DNA of 64,000 nt from an uncultured Gemmatimonadaceae bacterium (lineage in GTDB: Bacteria; Gemmatimonadota; Gemmatimonadetes; Gemmatimonadales; GWC2-71-9). This document shows positions 18,017 to 27,683 of the stretch, piece after piece. The stretch spans positions 576,305 to 640,304 of the forward strand of contig CAZQWQ010000072.1 of NCBI GenBank assembly GCA_964596925.1, in the 5' to 3' direction. Below the pieces are notes generated by a model that was given only the letters and a program-made list of their open reading frames with translations, was not told where the DNA came from and ran no database searches. Within the stretch, counting starts at the first letter, position 1. The number at the start of each line of letters is the position of its first letter. The translations under genes and the position numbers were made by a program.

Positions 18017-19189
18017 TCAGTCGACAGCGCGCAGCAGGGCCCCCTTCAAGTACCCCGTCTCAGGGATGTTCAGGATCTCGGGATGATCGCTGCTCGCGCC
18101 AGTGACGCGCATCAGCTCGAGGCGGCGGCCGCTGTCGCGGCTCGCGTCCCCCAGCATCTCCAGGAAATCGGCGCGATGGACGTGGTAGGAGCAGGAGCAG
18201 GTAAACAGCACGCCGCCGGGCTCGAGCAACCGCATCGCCCGCAGGTTGATCTCCTTGTACCCGGCCAGGGCGCGGGCCACGCTGGCGCGTGTTTTGGCGA
18301 AGGCCGGCGGGTCGAGGACGATCGTGTCAAAGCGTTCCCGCTGCCGCTCGAGCCCGCGCAACAACTCGAACGCGTTGGCCTCTCGCCAGGTGATGTTGGC
18401 GAGCCCGTTCAGGGCGGCGTTGCGAGCGCCGCGCGCCAGGGCGTCGGCGCTCTGGTCGACTGCGACGACCGAAGCGGCGCGCCGCGCGAGGTGCAGCGCG
18501 AACGACCCATGGTAGGTGAAGACGTCGAGCGCGCGCCCACCGGAACGTGTCTGCGCCTCGATCAGGACGCGATTCTCGCGCTGGTCGAGAAACGCCCCGG
18601 TCTTCTGCCCGTGGTGCGGCGCGGCGAGGTAGCGGACCCCGTGCTCGATCACCTCGATCTCCTCGGGGACAGCGCCAACCACGGCAACGACCTCGAGCGG
18701 CAGGCCCTCGTGGCGGCGCACCGCCGCGTCGTTGCGCAGCAGGATCGCGTCGGGGGCGAGCGCCGCCCGGATGCCGGCCACCACGTCGTTGCGGACGGAC
18801 TCGAGTCCAGCCGAGAGGAGCTGGGCGACCACGTATGGGCCGTACCGGTCCACGACGAGCGACGGCAGGCTGTCGGCGTCGGCATGCACGACGCGCCAGG
18901 CAGTGGCGGGAATCCCGTCGCGCCGCGCGGCCGCGTCGGCGACGCGCACGCGCCACCAGTCGCGATCGATCGCCGCCTCGGACGCTGCGAGCAACCGCAA
19001 CCGGATCTCGCTGCGGGGAGAAAACAGCGCCTGGCCGAGGAACACCCCCCGCCGGTCGGTGACCCGGACGATGCCAGGATCGCCGCGCGGCGCCTGCACC
19101 ACGTCGGTGCGGTAGATCCAGGGATGGCCGGCCGCCCAGCGCGCGGCGCCTTTCGCGGAAATGACGGCGGTACCTTTGTCAGTGCCCAT
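18017..19189 (-). CDS. rlmI: class I SAM-dependent rRNA (cytosine-C5) methyltransferase, RlmI-like (PUA + MTase)
   Basis: N-terminus 'AKGAARWAAGHPWIYRTDV' parallels the RlmI N-terminus. The MTase core is 'ALDVFTYHGSFALH...VVAVDQS...DTIVLDPPAF'. Confidence 0.8.
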   Translation of the reverse strand: MGTDKGTAVISAKGAARWAAGHPWIYRTDVVQAPRGDPGIVRVTDRRGVFLGQALFSPRSEIRLRLLAASEAAIDRDWWRVRVADAAARRDGIPATAWRVVHADADSLPSLVVDRYGPYVVAQLLSAGLESVRNDVVAGIRAALAPDAILLRNDAAVRRHEGLPLEVVAVVGAVPEEIEVIEHGVRYLAAPHHGQKTGAFLDQRENRVLIEAQTRSGGRALDVFTYHGSFALHLARRAASVVAVDQSADALARGARNAALNGLANITWREANAFELLRGLERQRERFDTIVLDPPAFAKTRASVARALAGYKEINLRAMRLLEPGGVLFTCSCSYHVHRADFLEMLGDASRDSGRRLELMRVTGASSDHPEILNIPETGYLKGALLRAVD

Positions 19190-19847
19190 GCGCCTCGCGG
19201 ATCAGCTGCGCCTCATGGTGATCACGGATCCCGTCCTGCTCCAGGTGGGGGGGCGGGATCCCGTACACGTCTGTCGCGCCGCCGTGCGGGGCGGTGCCAC
19301 GATGGTGCAAGTCCGGTGGAAGGACGCCCACCCGAGCGACATGTTGGCCCTGGCCCGCGCGCTCGTGGCCGCGCTGCCCGTGCCCGTGCTGGTCAATGAC
19401 CGCGTGGACGTGGCGCTCGCCGCCGGCGCCGCCGGCGCCCACCTGGGTCAGGACGATGTGCCGCTCGACGCGCTGCGCCTGCACGTCCCGCCGGGTTTCG
19501 TTCTGGGCGCCTCCGTCGGCTCGCCCGCCGAAGCGGAGCGGGCGCGCGGATGGCGTGCCGACTATTGGAGCGTCGGCCCTTCGTTCGCCACCGCCAACAA
19601 ACCGGACGCAGGGGTCCCACTCGGAGCTGCGGGCTTCGCGGCGCTCTCCCGACTCGCGCCGGGCGGGGTGCCGGTCATCGCGGTCGGCGGGATCACCGCC
19701 GGGAATGCCGCATCCCTGGCGAGCGCGGGGGCCGCGGGCCTCGCGGTCATCGGCGCGATCCTCGCCGCGCCGGACCCGGAGTCAGCCACGCGGGCGATCC
19801 GGAACAGTTTCGACGCCGCTCGTGTGGGGGGCGTTCCGCCCCGCTGA
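19188..19847 (+). CDS. thiE: thiamine-phosphate synthase
   Basis: 'LMVITD', 'GGATMVQVRWKD', 'VNDRVDVALAAGAAGAHLGQDD' and 'IAVGGI' are present. An ATG at 19161 is an alternative start. Confidence 0.85.
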   Translation: MRLADQLRLMVITDPVLLQVGGRDPVHVCRAAVRGGATMVQVRWKDAHPSDMLALARALVAALPVPVLVNDRVDVALAAGAAGAHLGQDDVPLDALRLHVPPGFVLGASVGSPAEAERARGWRADYWSVGPSFATANKPDAGVPLGAAGFAALSRLAPGGVPVIAVGGITAGNAASLASAGAAGLAVIGAILAAPDPESATRAIRNSFDAARVGGVPPR

Positions 19848-19857
19848 CCGGACACCG

Positions 19858-20874
19858 CTACCTCCCGCTCCGCGGGGCGCGCGCCGCGGTACGCATGTCC
19901 TGCACCCGCCGGATCGCCTCGAGGTGCTCGGCGTAGCTGACCGAGAAGATGTGCTTGCCGTCGGGTTGGGCGACGAAAAACAGAAACGGCGCCGTGGCGG
20001 GATACAACGCGGCGTCGATCGAGGCGCTGTCCGGTTGGCTGATGGGGCCGGGTGGAAGACCGGGGTGCAGATACGTGTTGTACGGCGAAGGGGTCAGCAG
20101 GGTTTTTTCGTACACCCGTCGGGGGCGCCGACCGAGCGCATACACGACCGTCGGGTCCGCCTGCAGCAGCATCCCTCGCCTGAGCCGGTTGTGATACACC
20201 GCCGACACATAGTGCAGGTCGGGTGTGTAGCGCACCTCCGCCTCGATGATCGACGCGAGCGTCACGATCTGATGGCGCGACATGCGGAGCGCTTCGGCGC
20301 GCACCTGCCAAACGTGGGACCAGTGCGTGTTGAACTCGTCGGCCATGAGCCGCACCAGCTCGCGGGCGCCGGGGCGCGGCCGCACGGTATAGGTGGTGGG
20401 GTAGAGATAGCCCTCGGCGGTCTTGGCCACGGCATACACCCCCAGGTCGCGCAGCAGCAGCGGATCCTGGGCCGCGGCGCGAAACGAGTCACGCGGCACC
20501 CCCAGTTGTCGGGCCGCCTGGTCGGCGACTTCGAACAGCATCAACCCCTCGCGCACGGTGAAACGCACCAGCGTGCCGCGCCCGCGTTTCAAGGCGTCGA
20601 CGATTTCCCGCCAGTGGGCAGTGCGGTGGAAGGCGTAACTGCCGCTCTTGAGAGAGCTCCCCAGCCCGCGCAGCCGCGCGTAGACGATGAACCCACCACG
20701 ACGGTTCACGAGGTGGTGGGCGGCGAGCGAGTCGGTGGCCGTCCTCAGGGTGGCGCCGCGCGGGATGGTGACCGCGACGCAATCGGTCTCGCCGGCTTGG
20801 CAGGAGGGCGATGGGGCGCCCCCGCATGCGGCGAGCCCGGCCCACAAGAGGCCTGCGGCCATGATTCGTCTCAC
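19858..20874 (-). CDS. mltG: endolytic murein transglycosylase MltG (YceG family), lipoprotein-like N-terminus
   Basis: GTG start in a GTGA overlap with the ruvX stop; an ATG at 20862 is the alternative. '[17 protein letters not shown]' resembles a lipobox. The YceG core is 'LASIIEAEV...YHNRLRRGMLLQADPTVVY...YNTYLHPGLPPGPISQP'. Confidence 0.85.
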   Translation of the reverse strand: MRRIMAAGLLWAGLAACGGAPSPSCQAGETDCVAVTIPRGATLRTATDSLAAHHLVNRRGGFIVYARLRGLGSSLKSGSYAFHRTAHWREIVDALKRGRGTLVRFTVREGLMLFEVADQAARQLGVPRDSFRAAAQDPLLLRDLGVYAVAKTAEGYLYPTTYTVRPRPGARELVRLMADEFNTHWSHVWQVRAEALRMSRHQIVTLASIIEAEVRYTPDLHYVSAVYHNRLRRGMLLQADPTVVYALGRRPRRVYEKTLLTPSPYNTYLHPGLPPGPISQPDSASIDAALYPATAPFLFFVAQPDGKHIFSVSYAEHLEAIRRVQDMRTAARAPRSGR

Positions 20875-21314
20875 ACAGCGCTCCCCCGACGGCTGTCCAG
20901 GAAGTGCTGCAGCAGCAGCGTAGCCGCGAGCGCGTCGACATCCCCTTCGCGTCCCCGTGTTTTTCCGCCCATCTCGTGCACCGCCTGCCGCACCCGCGCC
21001 GTGGTGAACCGCTCGTCCCACAGGTCTACGGGCCGACTCGAGCGGCGTTGGATCGCCTCGGCCAGGTCGCGCGCAGCCCGCGCGGAGGGGCCTTCCGCGC
21101 CCGACGCGTCCAGCGGCAGCCCTACGACGATGCCGACGACCTTGTGGGCTTCAATGTGCGCGAGCAGGGGGGTCATCGGGAAGCGCTTGCCACTGCGGCG
21201 GGTGAGGGTGGCGAGCGGCTGGGCGATGGTCTGTGTCTCATCGGAGAGGGCGAGACCGATCCGGCGCTCGCCCCAGTCCACCCCGAGGAGCCGTCCGGGC
21301 GCTTCGGCCGTCAC
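20871..21314 (-). CDS. ruvX: Holliday-junction resolvase-like nuclease RuvX (YqgF)
   Basis: '[17 protein letters not shown]', 'IVVGLPL' and 'DERFTT' are present. GTGA overlap with the rho stop. Confidence 0.9.
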   Translation of the reverse strand: MTAEAPGRLLGVDWGERRIGLALSDETQTIAQPLATLTRRSGKRFPMTPLLAHIEAHKVVGIVVGLPLDASGAEGPSARAARDLAEAIQRRSSRPVDLWDERFTTARVRQAVHEMGGKTRGREGDVDALAATLLLQHFLDSRRGSAV

Positions 21315-22564
21315 CCCTGGGACATGGTGGAGAAGAACTCCGTGTTCGACTTCGTGCGCTTCATCCGCTCGAGCAGGAACTCGATCGCTTCGACCGGCGG
21401 CATGTCAGCGAGGAAGTTGCGCAGCAGATAGACCTTGTTGAGCTCTTCCTTGGCGAGCAGCAGCTCTTCCTTGCGGGTGGAGGTGCGCTGCACGTCGATG
21501 GCGGGATAGACGCGCCGGTCGGCGATACGCCGGTCCAGCACCACCTCCATGTTGCCCGTGCCCTTAAACTCCTCGAAAATCACTTCGTCCATCCGCGAGC
21601 CGGTATCGATCAGGGCCGTGGCCACGATCGTGAGCGAGCCGCCGCCCTCGATGTTGCGGGCGGCGCCGAAGAACCGCTTCGGCTTCTGGAGCGCGTTCGC
21701 GTCCACGCCGCCGGAGAGGATCTTGCCGGAGTGGGGCACCACCACGTTGTGGGCGCGCCCCAGGCGCGTGATCGAGTCGAGCAGGATCACGACGTCCTTC
21801 CCGTGCTCCACCAGCCGTTTCGCCTTCTCGATCACCATATCGGCCACCTGCACGTGCCGGTCGGCCGGCTCGTCGAACGTGGAGGAGATCACTTCCGCCC
21901 CCTTCACGTTTTCCTCCATGTCCGTCACTTCTTCGGGCCGCTCGTCGATCAGCAGCACGATGAGATAGATGTCGGGGTGGTTTTCGGTGATGGAGTTGGC
22001 GAGCTTCTGCATCAGGATGGTCTTGCCCGCTTTGGGCGGCGACACGATCAGACCGCGTTGTCCCATGCCGATGGGGCAGAGAATGTCCATCACCCGCATC
22101 GACAGGTCGCCGTCCTTACGCTCCAGCTGGATGCGCTTCTCCGGGTAGCGCGGCCGGAGATTGTCGAACGCGACGCGATGCTTGGCCTTTTCTGGCTCTT
22201 CGCCGTTGACCGTTTCGACCTTGAGCAGCGCGAGGTAGCGCTCGCCCTCTTTGGGCGGGCGCACTTGCCCCAGCACCGTATCGCCGGTCCGCAGGTCGAA
22301 GCGCTTGATCTGGCTTGGGGAGACGTAGATGTCGTCGGGGCCGTAGAGATAGTTCCAGTCGGGGCTGCGCAGGAATCCATAGCCCTCTGGAAGGATCTCC
22401 AGGACTCCCTCTCCGCGCAGCACCGTATCGGTGTCGAGCAGCGACTGCTCGATACGGAAAATGAGATCTTGCTTGCGGAGCCCCGAGTAGTTTTGAATGT
22501 TGAGGGTCTCGGCCATCGCATGCAGTTCGGCGACGGATTTTTTCTTCAGCTCAGCGATATCCAC
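21311..22564 (-). CDS. rho: transcription termination factor Rho
   Basis: N-terminus '[31 protein letters not shown]'. Walker A 'PPKAGKT'. '[10 protein letters not shown]', '[13 protein letters not shown]' and '[25 protein letters not shown]' are present. Confidence 0.95.
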   Translation of the reverse strand: MDIAELKKKSVAELHAMAETLNIQNYSGLRKQDLIFRIEQSLLDTDTVLRGEGVLEILPEGYGFLRSPDWNYLYGPDDIYVSPSQIKRFDLRTGDTVLGQVRPPKEGERYLALLKVETVNGEEPEKAKHRVAFDNLRPRYPEKRIQLERKDGDLSMRVMDILCPIGMGQRGLIVSPPKAGKTILMQKLANSITENHPDIYLIVLLIDERPEEVTDMEENVKGAEVISSTFDEPADRHVQVADMVIEKAKRLVEHGKDVVILLDSITRLGRAHNVVVPHSGKILSGGVDANALQKPKRFFGAARNIEGGGSLTIVATALIDTGSRMDEVIFEEFKGTGNMEVVLDRRIADRRVYPAIDVQRTSTRKEELLLAKEELNKVYLLRNFLADMPPVEAIEFLLERMKRTKSNTEFFSTMSQG

Positions 22565-22685
22565 GTGTGTAGAGACTCCATTGGGCTACGGCGGGCGGCA
22601 AACCCTGTGGCAGGGGGCGTGAACGCGTTGATCGATGGAAGCTTAGGGATCGTACCGGTGTGCAGCGGCTATCATACGGGTTCTC

Positions 22686-23819
22686 GTGCCTTCTAGTCAA
22701 GATCGTACCATCCCGGTCGATTTGACCCCCTACGTGATCGCGTGGCGGACGACGGTCCTGCACGATCGGGAAGTCGTTGATGCGCTTATACATCCAGCAC
22801 ATGCCGGGCCCTCCACGTCCCTCGCGCAGGTGTTGCAGCGGTGGGAAGGGACGTACTACTGGTCCGACGAGCCTGGCGGCCGCTGGCTGGTTTTGACCCG
22901 CCGGCGCGCGGTGGCTGCGGAGCGTTGGTGGCTCCACGCCCTCTTGTTCGCGCTCACGCTCGCTACCACCACTCTGGGCGGCGCGGTGCTCAATGGAAAC
23001 GTCATCGTGGACGGCAGCTTTGGGCTGCTCACGGGGCGGGTCACGGTCGTCGGAGGGGTGGTGCCCGCGATCACGGCGGGGCTGCCCTTCGCGGTGCCGT
23101 TGCTCGCCATCCTGTTGGCGCACGAGATGGGGCACTATTTCACCGCGCGCCGCTACCAGCTCGACGTCTCGCCGCCCTACTTCATCCCAGTGCCGCTGTT
23201 CCCATCGTTCATCGGCACGATGGGCGCGTTTATCCGTCTGCGTACGGTGCTCTCCGATCGACGGCAGTTGTTCGACGTCGGTCTAGCCGGGCCAATCGCC
23301 GGGTTCGTCGTGGCCGTGCCGGTGCTGCTCTTCGGCCTGGTCCTGTCGGAGCCGCTTTCGGCGCATGAGGGCGTGCGGGGAATGGTGCTGTCGGTCCAGG
23401 GCGAGGGCTTTCTTCTCGGGGACTCCCTGGTCACGCTCGCGCTCCGCTGGCTGGTGCACGGGGGCGCCGCCGTGTCGCTCCATCCGGTCGCCTTCGCCGG
23501 CACGCTCGGGATGTTCGTGACGATGATCAACCTGATGCCGATGGCCCAGCTCGACGGCGGGCACATCCTGTACGCGGCCCGGCCGCGGCTGCACCGCCGC
23601 GCCGCGCTCGCCTTCTGGCTGGTTGTCCTGGGGCTGGGGCACTGGTGGATCGGCTGGTACCTGTGGGCGGGTCTGGTCCTCGTGCTGTCGCGCGGGCGGC
23701 TCGATCACCCACCGCTGTTGGACGCCTACCGTCCGTTCCCAGCCTCCCGCCGTTGGTTGCTCTGGGTAGCGGCCGTGCTGTTCCTGCTGACCTTTGCGCC
23801 GGCGCCGTTTGAAACGTGA
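22686..23819 (+). CDS. site-2 protease family (peptidase M50) membrane metalloprotease
   Basis: 'HEMGHY' (HExxH) and 'NLMPMAQLDGGH' (NxxPxxxLDG) are present, with multiple TM helices. Confidence 0.85.
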   Translation: MPSSQDRTIPVDLTPYVIAWRTTVLHDREVVDALIHPAHAGPSTSLAQVLQRWEGTYYWSDEPGGRWLVLTRRRAVAAERWWLHALLFALTLATTTLGGAVLNGNVIVDGSFGLLTGRVTVVGGVVPAITAGLPFAVPLLAILLAHEMGHYFTARRYQLDVSPPYFIPVPLFPSFIGTMGAFIRLRTVLSDRRQLFDVGLAGPIAGFVVAVPVLLFGLVLSEPLSAHEGVRGMVLSVQGEGFLLGDSLVTLALRWLVHGGAAVSLHPVAFAGTLGMFVTMINLMPMAQLDGGHILYAARPRLHRRAALAFWLVVLGLGHWWIGWYLWAGLVLVLSRGRLDHPPLLDAYRPFPASRRWLLWVAAVLFLLTFAPAPFET

Positions 23820-23882
23820 GGGTAGTATTGCGTAAGTCGCCGAAATCCATATCTTTGCGCAAACCAGCCCGATCGGCTAGGC

Positions 23883-24167
23883 ATGACAGCCCAAACGGCA
23901 CGAACCCTAGTACCGGCCGTACGCGAATCCGTCGTCCACGATCTTCCCCCCATACGGTTTGAAGGACAAAGTGTCGTCGTTCGCCTCACGGTACGACGCG
24001 CCGAGGATGGTGTGTGGCGCGGCCGGATCCTGTTTGGGGCGGAGGAGACCGAACACGAGCGGACCACGGCCGAGATCTTCTGCGCCGTCTCGGAACAGGA
24101 CCTGTGGTTGTCGGTCCGGGACCTGCGGGACCATCACCTCCGCGATCTGTACCGCTCGCTGCTCTAG
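23883..24167 (+). CDS. hypothetical 94-aa protein
   Basis: ATG start and balanced, non-shadow-like composition ('RFEGQSVVVRLTVRRAEDGVWRGRILFGAEETEHERTTAEIFCAVSEQDLW'). I recognise no family. Confidence 0.5.
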   Translation: MTAQTARTLVPAVRESVVHDLPPIRFEGQSVVVRLTVRRAEDGVWRGRILFGAEETEHERTTAEIFCAVSEQDLWLSVRDLRDHHLRDLYRSLL

Positions 24168-24258
24168 TATGCCCGAGGTCTCCGACCGGCTGTGAGCCGG
24201 CGGCACCGCTTGCGGTTTTGCCATCCATCACGGTGGTGGTTGCGCCTCCGGCGGACGA

Positions 24259-26070
24259 TTACGATCGAGCCGTGGTGTTGGCCGCGGCGTGCCCACTAAG
24301 CAGATAGAGCACCAGCAGCACCGCCGAGGCGCCGCTGACGGCAAATTTCAGGACCGCCGGGGCATCACTCGTGGAGAGCAGCCCTTCGATCGCCCCGGCA
24401 ATGGCCAGCAGGAACACCACGGCGCCGACCATGCGCATCGCAATGCGACCGTCCACGACGAGAGCGTCCAGGCGAGTGCGGTCGCCAGGGGCGATCAGGG
24501 CGTGCGCGAGCCGAAACCCCGCGCCCCCGGAGATGAAAATGGCCGTCAGCTCCAGCACGCCATGCGCGGCCACGAACGTGGCGAGGTAGCCAGCCGCGTG
24601 ATAGTTGGCGAACACGCCGAACCCAGTCCCGATGGCCAGGCCGTTGAACACCAGGGCCCACACCGTCAACACTCCCGCTAGCATACCGCCCGCGAACGCC
24701 ATGATGCACACGCGAATGTTGTTCGAGATGATCACCGCGGCGATCACGGGCCGCTCCCCGCTTTCCACCCGAGCGTAGCCCACCCCCTCCGCCTGTCGTT
24801 CCGCCGCCTGTTCCGCCCGGCTGACCATCACGGGCGACACGATCTCCTCAGCGAGCTGCGGCCGTTCCCGCAACATCACGTAGCCGATCACGGCCGGAAC
24901 CATGAACAGCAGGAACGACGCCAGCACGTAGCGCCACGATTCGACGACCGCCGCCGGGAAGTCGTGCAACAGATGGTGGGAGAACGGTGCGCGGCGTGTC
25001 GCACGCGCCTGGTACAGCGCGTTGTGCCCCGCCCCCACGAGGCGCTCGAGGTACGCCACCACCTGCGGGTCGACGCCGTAGGTGCGCGCCCGGGCGAGGT
25101 CCGCCGCGACTTCGCGGTAGCGTGCGGCGAACCCGGGGATCTCGGCGGCGGGAAGCCGGGCGAGCCCGCCTTTCTCGAGCTGCTGCGCGGCGGCGCGGAA
25201 CGCTTCCCAGGCGTCCCGTTTGCGGGCCAGGAACCGCTCACCGGTGACAGTCGTGCGCCCGGCAGAGCCCGTGGCCCGGGTCGCAAAGCGGCCGCGACGC
25301 TTTTGCTGCTCGTCGGCGAACACTGTGGTGAGGTACGCATCGGCGTCCGCGTCTCGTCTGGGGATGCGCGGCTCGAATCGGTGTGACAGCTCGGTGGTGA
25401 GCCGGTTGCGCACCGCCGGGGCGAGCTCGTGGGCCCGCGCGAGGAAACGGTCGAGCAGCTGGAACTCCTGGTCGGTGAGTTCGGGAGGGCCAAGCTCGAG
25501 CGCCTCGGTCGGCATCGGGGGCGGTGCGGGTGCCAAGCTCCAGGCGGCGACCCGATCGCGTACGACAATCGTCCCGGCCGCGAGATCACCGAGCCGCTTG
25601 TTGGCGGGGTGCAGGAACACCAACAGGCTCCCGGGGAGCGGTCCCAACGGCACTAGGAAATCGATGATGCGGATGAGATTCCGCACGGTCGCCGCGTTCG
25701 CCGTGACGGACCGTCCCGTGTCGAGCACCACGCGGATCCCGAGCGCGCGCTTCCCCGGCGTCCGGCCGTCCCCCAGCGCCTCGAACAGCGCGTAGTAAAG
25801 GAAGAAACCCAGCCCCAGGACGAGGACGACGATGGCCGTGCCCCAGCTGCCCAGGGCGGACGACCATGCTGCCCCGACACGAGCCACGGCGAAGAACAGC
25901 GCCATTCCCGTGTAGACGCAGAACAAGATCAGGAGATCGATCGCCGCGGCCGCGGCGCGCGTGCCGAGTCCGGCGAGCTCGAACGACAGCACTACGTGCT
26001 CGGGAGTCTCGACACCGTGCTGCTGGCGCAGGTCGAAGGCGTGGCGTGGGACTCGCGCGGGGGCGCTCAC
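24259..26070 (-). CDS. fusion membrane protein: N-terminal RDD domain plus C-terminal SpoIIM/DUF95-like domain
   Basis: RDD motifs 'RAAAAAIDLLILF' and 'GRTPGKRALGIRVV'. The C-terminal 'IISNNIRVCIMAFAGGMLAGVLTVWALVFNGLAIG' is typical of the stage II sporulation protein M family. Confidence 0.8.
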   Translation of the reverse strand: MSAPARVPRHAFDLRQQHGVETPEHVVLSFELAGLGTRAAAAAIDLLILFCVYTGMALFFAVARVGAAWSSALGSWGTAIVVLVLGLGFFLYYALFEALGDGRTPGKRALGIRVVLDTGRSVTANAATVRNLIRIIDFLVPLGPLPGSLLVFLHPANKRLGDLAAGTIVVRDRVAAWSLAPAPPPMPTEALELGPPELTDQEFQLLDRFLARAHELAPAVRNRLTTELSHRFEPRIPRRDADADAYLTTVFADEQQKRRGRFATRATGSAGRTTVTGERFLARKRDAWEAFRAAAQQLEKGGLARLPAAEIPGFAARYREVAADLARARTYGVDPQVVAYLERLVGAGHNALYQARATRRAPFSHHLLHDFPAAVVESWRYVLASFLLFMVPAVIGYVMLRERPQLAEEIVSPVMVSRAEQAAERQAEGVGYARVESGERPVIAAVIISNNIRVCIMAFAGGMLAGVLTVWALVFNGLAIGTGFGVFANYHAAGYLATFVAAHGVLELTAIFISGGAGFRLAHALIAPGDRTRLDALVVDGRIAMRMVGAVVFLLAIAGAIEGLLSTSDAPAVLKFAVSGASAVLLVLYLLSGHAAANTTARS

Positions 26071-26111
26071 GTCCTCATCTTATCGCCACCCCCCGCTCAT
26101 GAGCGAGGCCT

Positions 26112-26999
26112 ATGGCGGATTTGCGGCCGATGGAATTCGGGGAAATCCTGGACGGCGCGTTGTCGCTGTTCCGGCGCCACTTCCGGCTGTTTCTCAAGCT
26201 GAGCCTGACGGTGATGTGGCTCCCGATCGCCATCTTGCTCTACTGGCGCATTCGATTCATCGGCCTGCAGGGCACCCCCGAACAGGCGGCCGCCCTGCTC
26301 ATGGCGGATATCGTCCCGTTCGTGCTGTGGATCTTGATGTTTGCCGTCGTCTACGGGTTTGGGGTGTTGCTGCTCACCGCCGGATCGATCCGCATCATCT
26401 CCGATTCCTACCTCGGTCGCGAACCCAAGTTCGCGGACGCCCTCGCGTTCGGTTTCAGCAAGATCGTCCCCCTGTTTCTCGTAGGCGTCGGGAAATCGCT
26501 GCTCCTGATGCTGGTGCTCATCCTGGGTGCGGTGGTGATTGGCGTCAGTGCGGCCTTGGGCAAGGTCCTGGGTGTCGGCATCGCGATCCTCATCACCCTG
26601 GCGGCGTTTGCCGGCACTTGCTGGCTCGTGCTGTTCGTCGCGAGCGGCTACATGGTGACGACGCCGGTCGTCGTGCTCGAATCGCTGCCGTCCGCGTTCG
26701 ACTCGTTCGCCCGGTCCTGGGAGCTCACCCGCGCGGCCAAGCGCAAAGTGTTCGGCCTCGTGTTCGTCGGCTACCTGCTCGCCAGCCTGCTGCCGTCGAT
26801 CGTCCTGTCGGTCGTGGGCGAGCTGGTGAAGGAAGTCGTTCCCGCCGGCCTGCTGCCTTGGACGGTCGTCTCGGCGGCGGTGCCGATCCTGCTGGCGCCC
26901 ATGATCCCTTGCATCCTCACCCTCGCCTATTACGACCTCCGGGTACGGAGAGAGGGCTTCGACCTCCAACTGCTGGGCGAGCAGCTGGGGATCTCGTGA
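26112..26999 (+). CDS. polytopic membrane protein (about 6 TM; resembles GDPD-membrane-domain/DUF975-like proteins)
   Basis: ATG start. Long hydrophobic helices ('LSLTVMWLPIAILLYW', 'IVPFVLWILMFAVVYGFGVLLL' and others). The antisense 552-aa ORF is Arg/His/Pro nonsense. Confidence 0.7.
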   Translation: MADLRPMEFGEILDGALSLFRRHFRLFLKLSLTVMWLPIAILLYWRIRFIGLQGTPEQAAALLMADIVPFVLWILMFAVVYGFGVLLLTAGSIRIISDSYLGREPKFADALAFGFSKIVPLFLVGVGKSLLLMLVLILGAVVIGVSAALGKVLGVGIAILITLAAFAGTCWLVLFVASGYMVTTPVVVLESLPSAFDSFARSWELTRAAKRKVFGLVFVGYLLASLLPSIVLSVVGELVKEVVPAGLLPWTVVSAAVPILLAPMIPCILTLAYYDLRVRREGFDLQLLGEQLGIS

Positions 27000-27053
27000 G
27001 CGCGGTGCCCGAGCCGCTCCGGGCGTGATGGTTGCCTGCCGGAGTGGTGCAGC

Positions 27054-27683
27054 GTGATTTCCGTGCTGCTGCAGCAGGCCGTGCCATCCGATTCGTTGCG
27101 TCGCGCCGTCGAGGAGGTGTTCGCCCGGCCTGAGTACGGCTGGGCGCCAGGCGGCCAGCCGCTGCACCTCCTGCGCGACCTCTGGTCCCGGTTGGTGGAG
27201 TGGCTGAATCGGTTCGGCGCGGAGCATCCCCTCGGCTTCCGGTTGCTGTTTTGGGGGGCGGTCCTGCTGCTCGTGGCGTTGCTCGTGCACCTCGGGTGGC
27301 TCGGGTGGCGCATCTACCGATCCACCGTCGAGCGTCCGCCCGTGTCGGCACCGGGCGCTCCGTTGCTGGTCGATGCGCGGGGCCACCTGCAGCATGCCGA
27401 GGCGCTGGCCCGCGCCGGACGGTACACCGAGGCATTGGCGCATCGCTTCCTGGCGTTGCTGCTCGAGCTGGATCGCGCCGACGCCGTGACTTTCCATCCG
27501 TCGAAGACGCCCGCCGAATACGTGAACGAAGCGCGTCTCGGTGCAACCGGCCGCGACTCGCTCGCCGGGCTCGTGGCGCGACTGTACCACCACGTCTTCG
27601 GGGCAGAGCCGTGCGACGAGCGGTGCTACCGCGACTTCGGCGCGACGGCCGGGACTGTGCTGCAGCATGTCGCACCGCACTGA
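27054..27683 (+). CDS. DUF4129-like protein
   Basis: N-terminal TM 'FRLLFWGAVLLLVALLVHLGWL'. The C-terminal 'AEALARAGRYTEALAHRFLALLLELDR...FHPSKTPAEY' pattern is typical of DUF4129, which co-occurs with MoxR/DUF58. Confidence 0.7.
   Translation: MISVLLQQAVPSDSLRRAVEEVFARPEYGWAPGGQPLHLLRDLWSRLVEWLNRFGAEHPLGFRLLFWGAVLLLVALLVHLGWLGWRIYRSTVERPPVSAPGAPLLVDARGHLQHAEALARAGRYTEALAHRFLALLLELDRADAVTFHPSKTPAEYVNEARLGATGRDSLAGLVARLYHHVFGAEPCDERCYRDFGATAGTVLQHVAPH

Noticed and set aside
19294-21441. 715-aa plus-strand ORF, and the 487-aa ORF at 21233..22696
   Set aside because: They are antisense to mltG/ruvX and to rho respectively. Those minus-strand genes are unmistakable, and the plus-strand products are low-complexity Arg/Pro/Gly strings.
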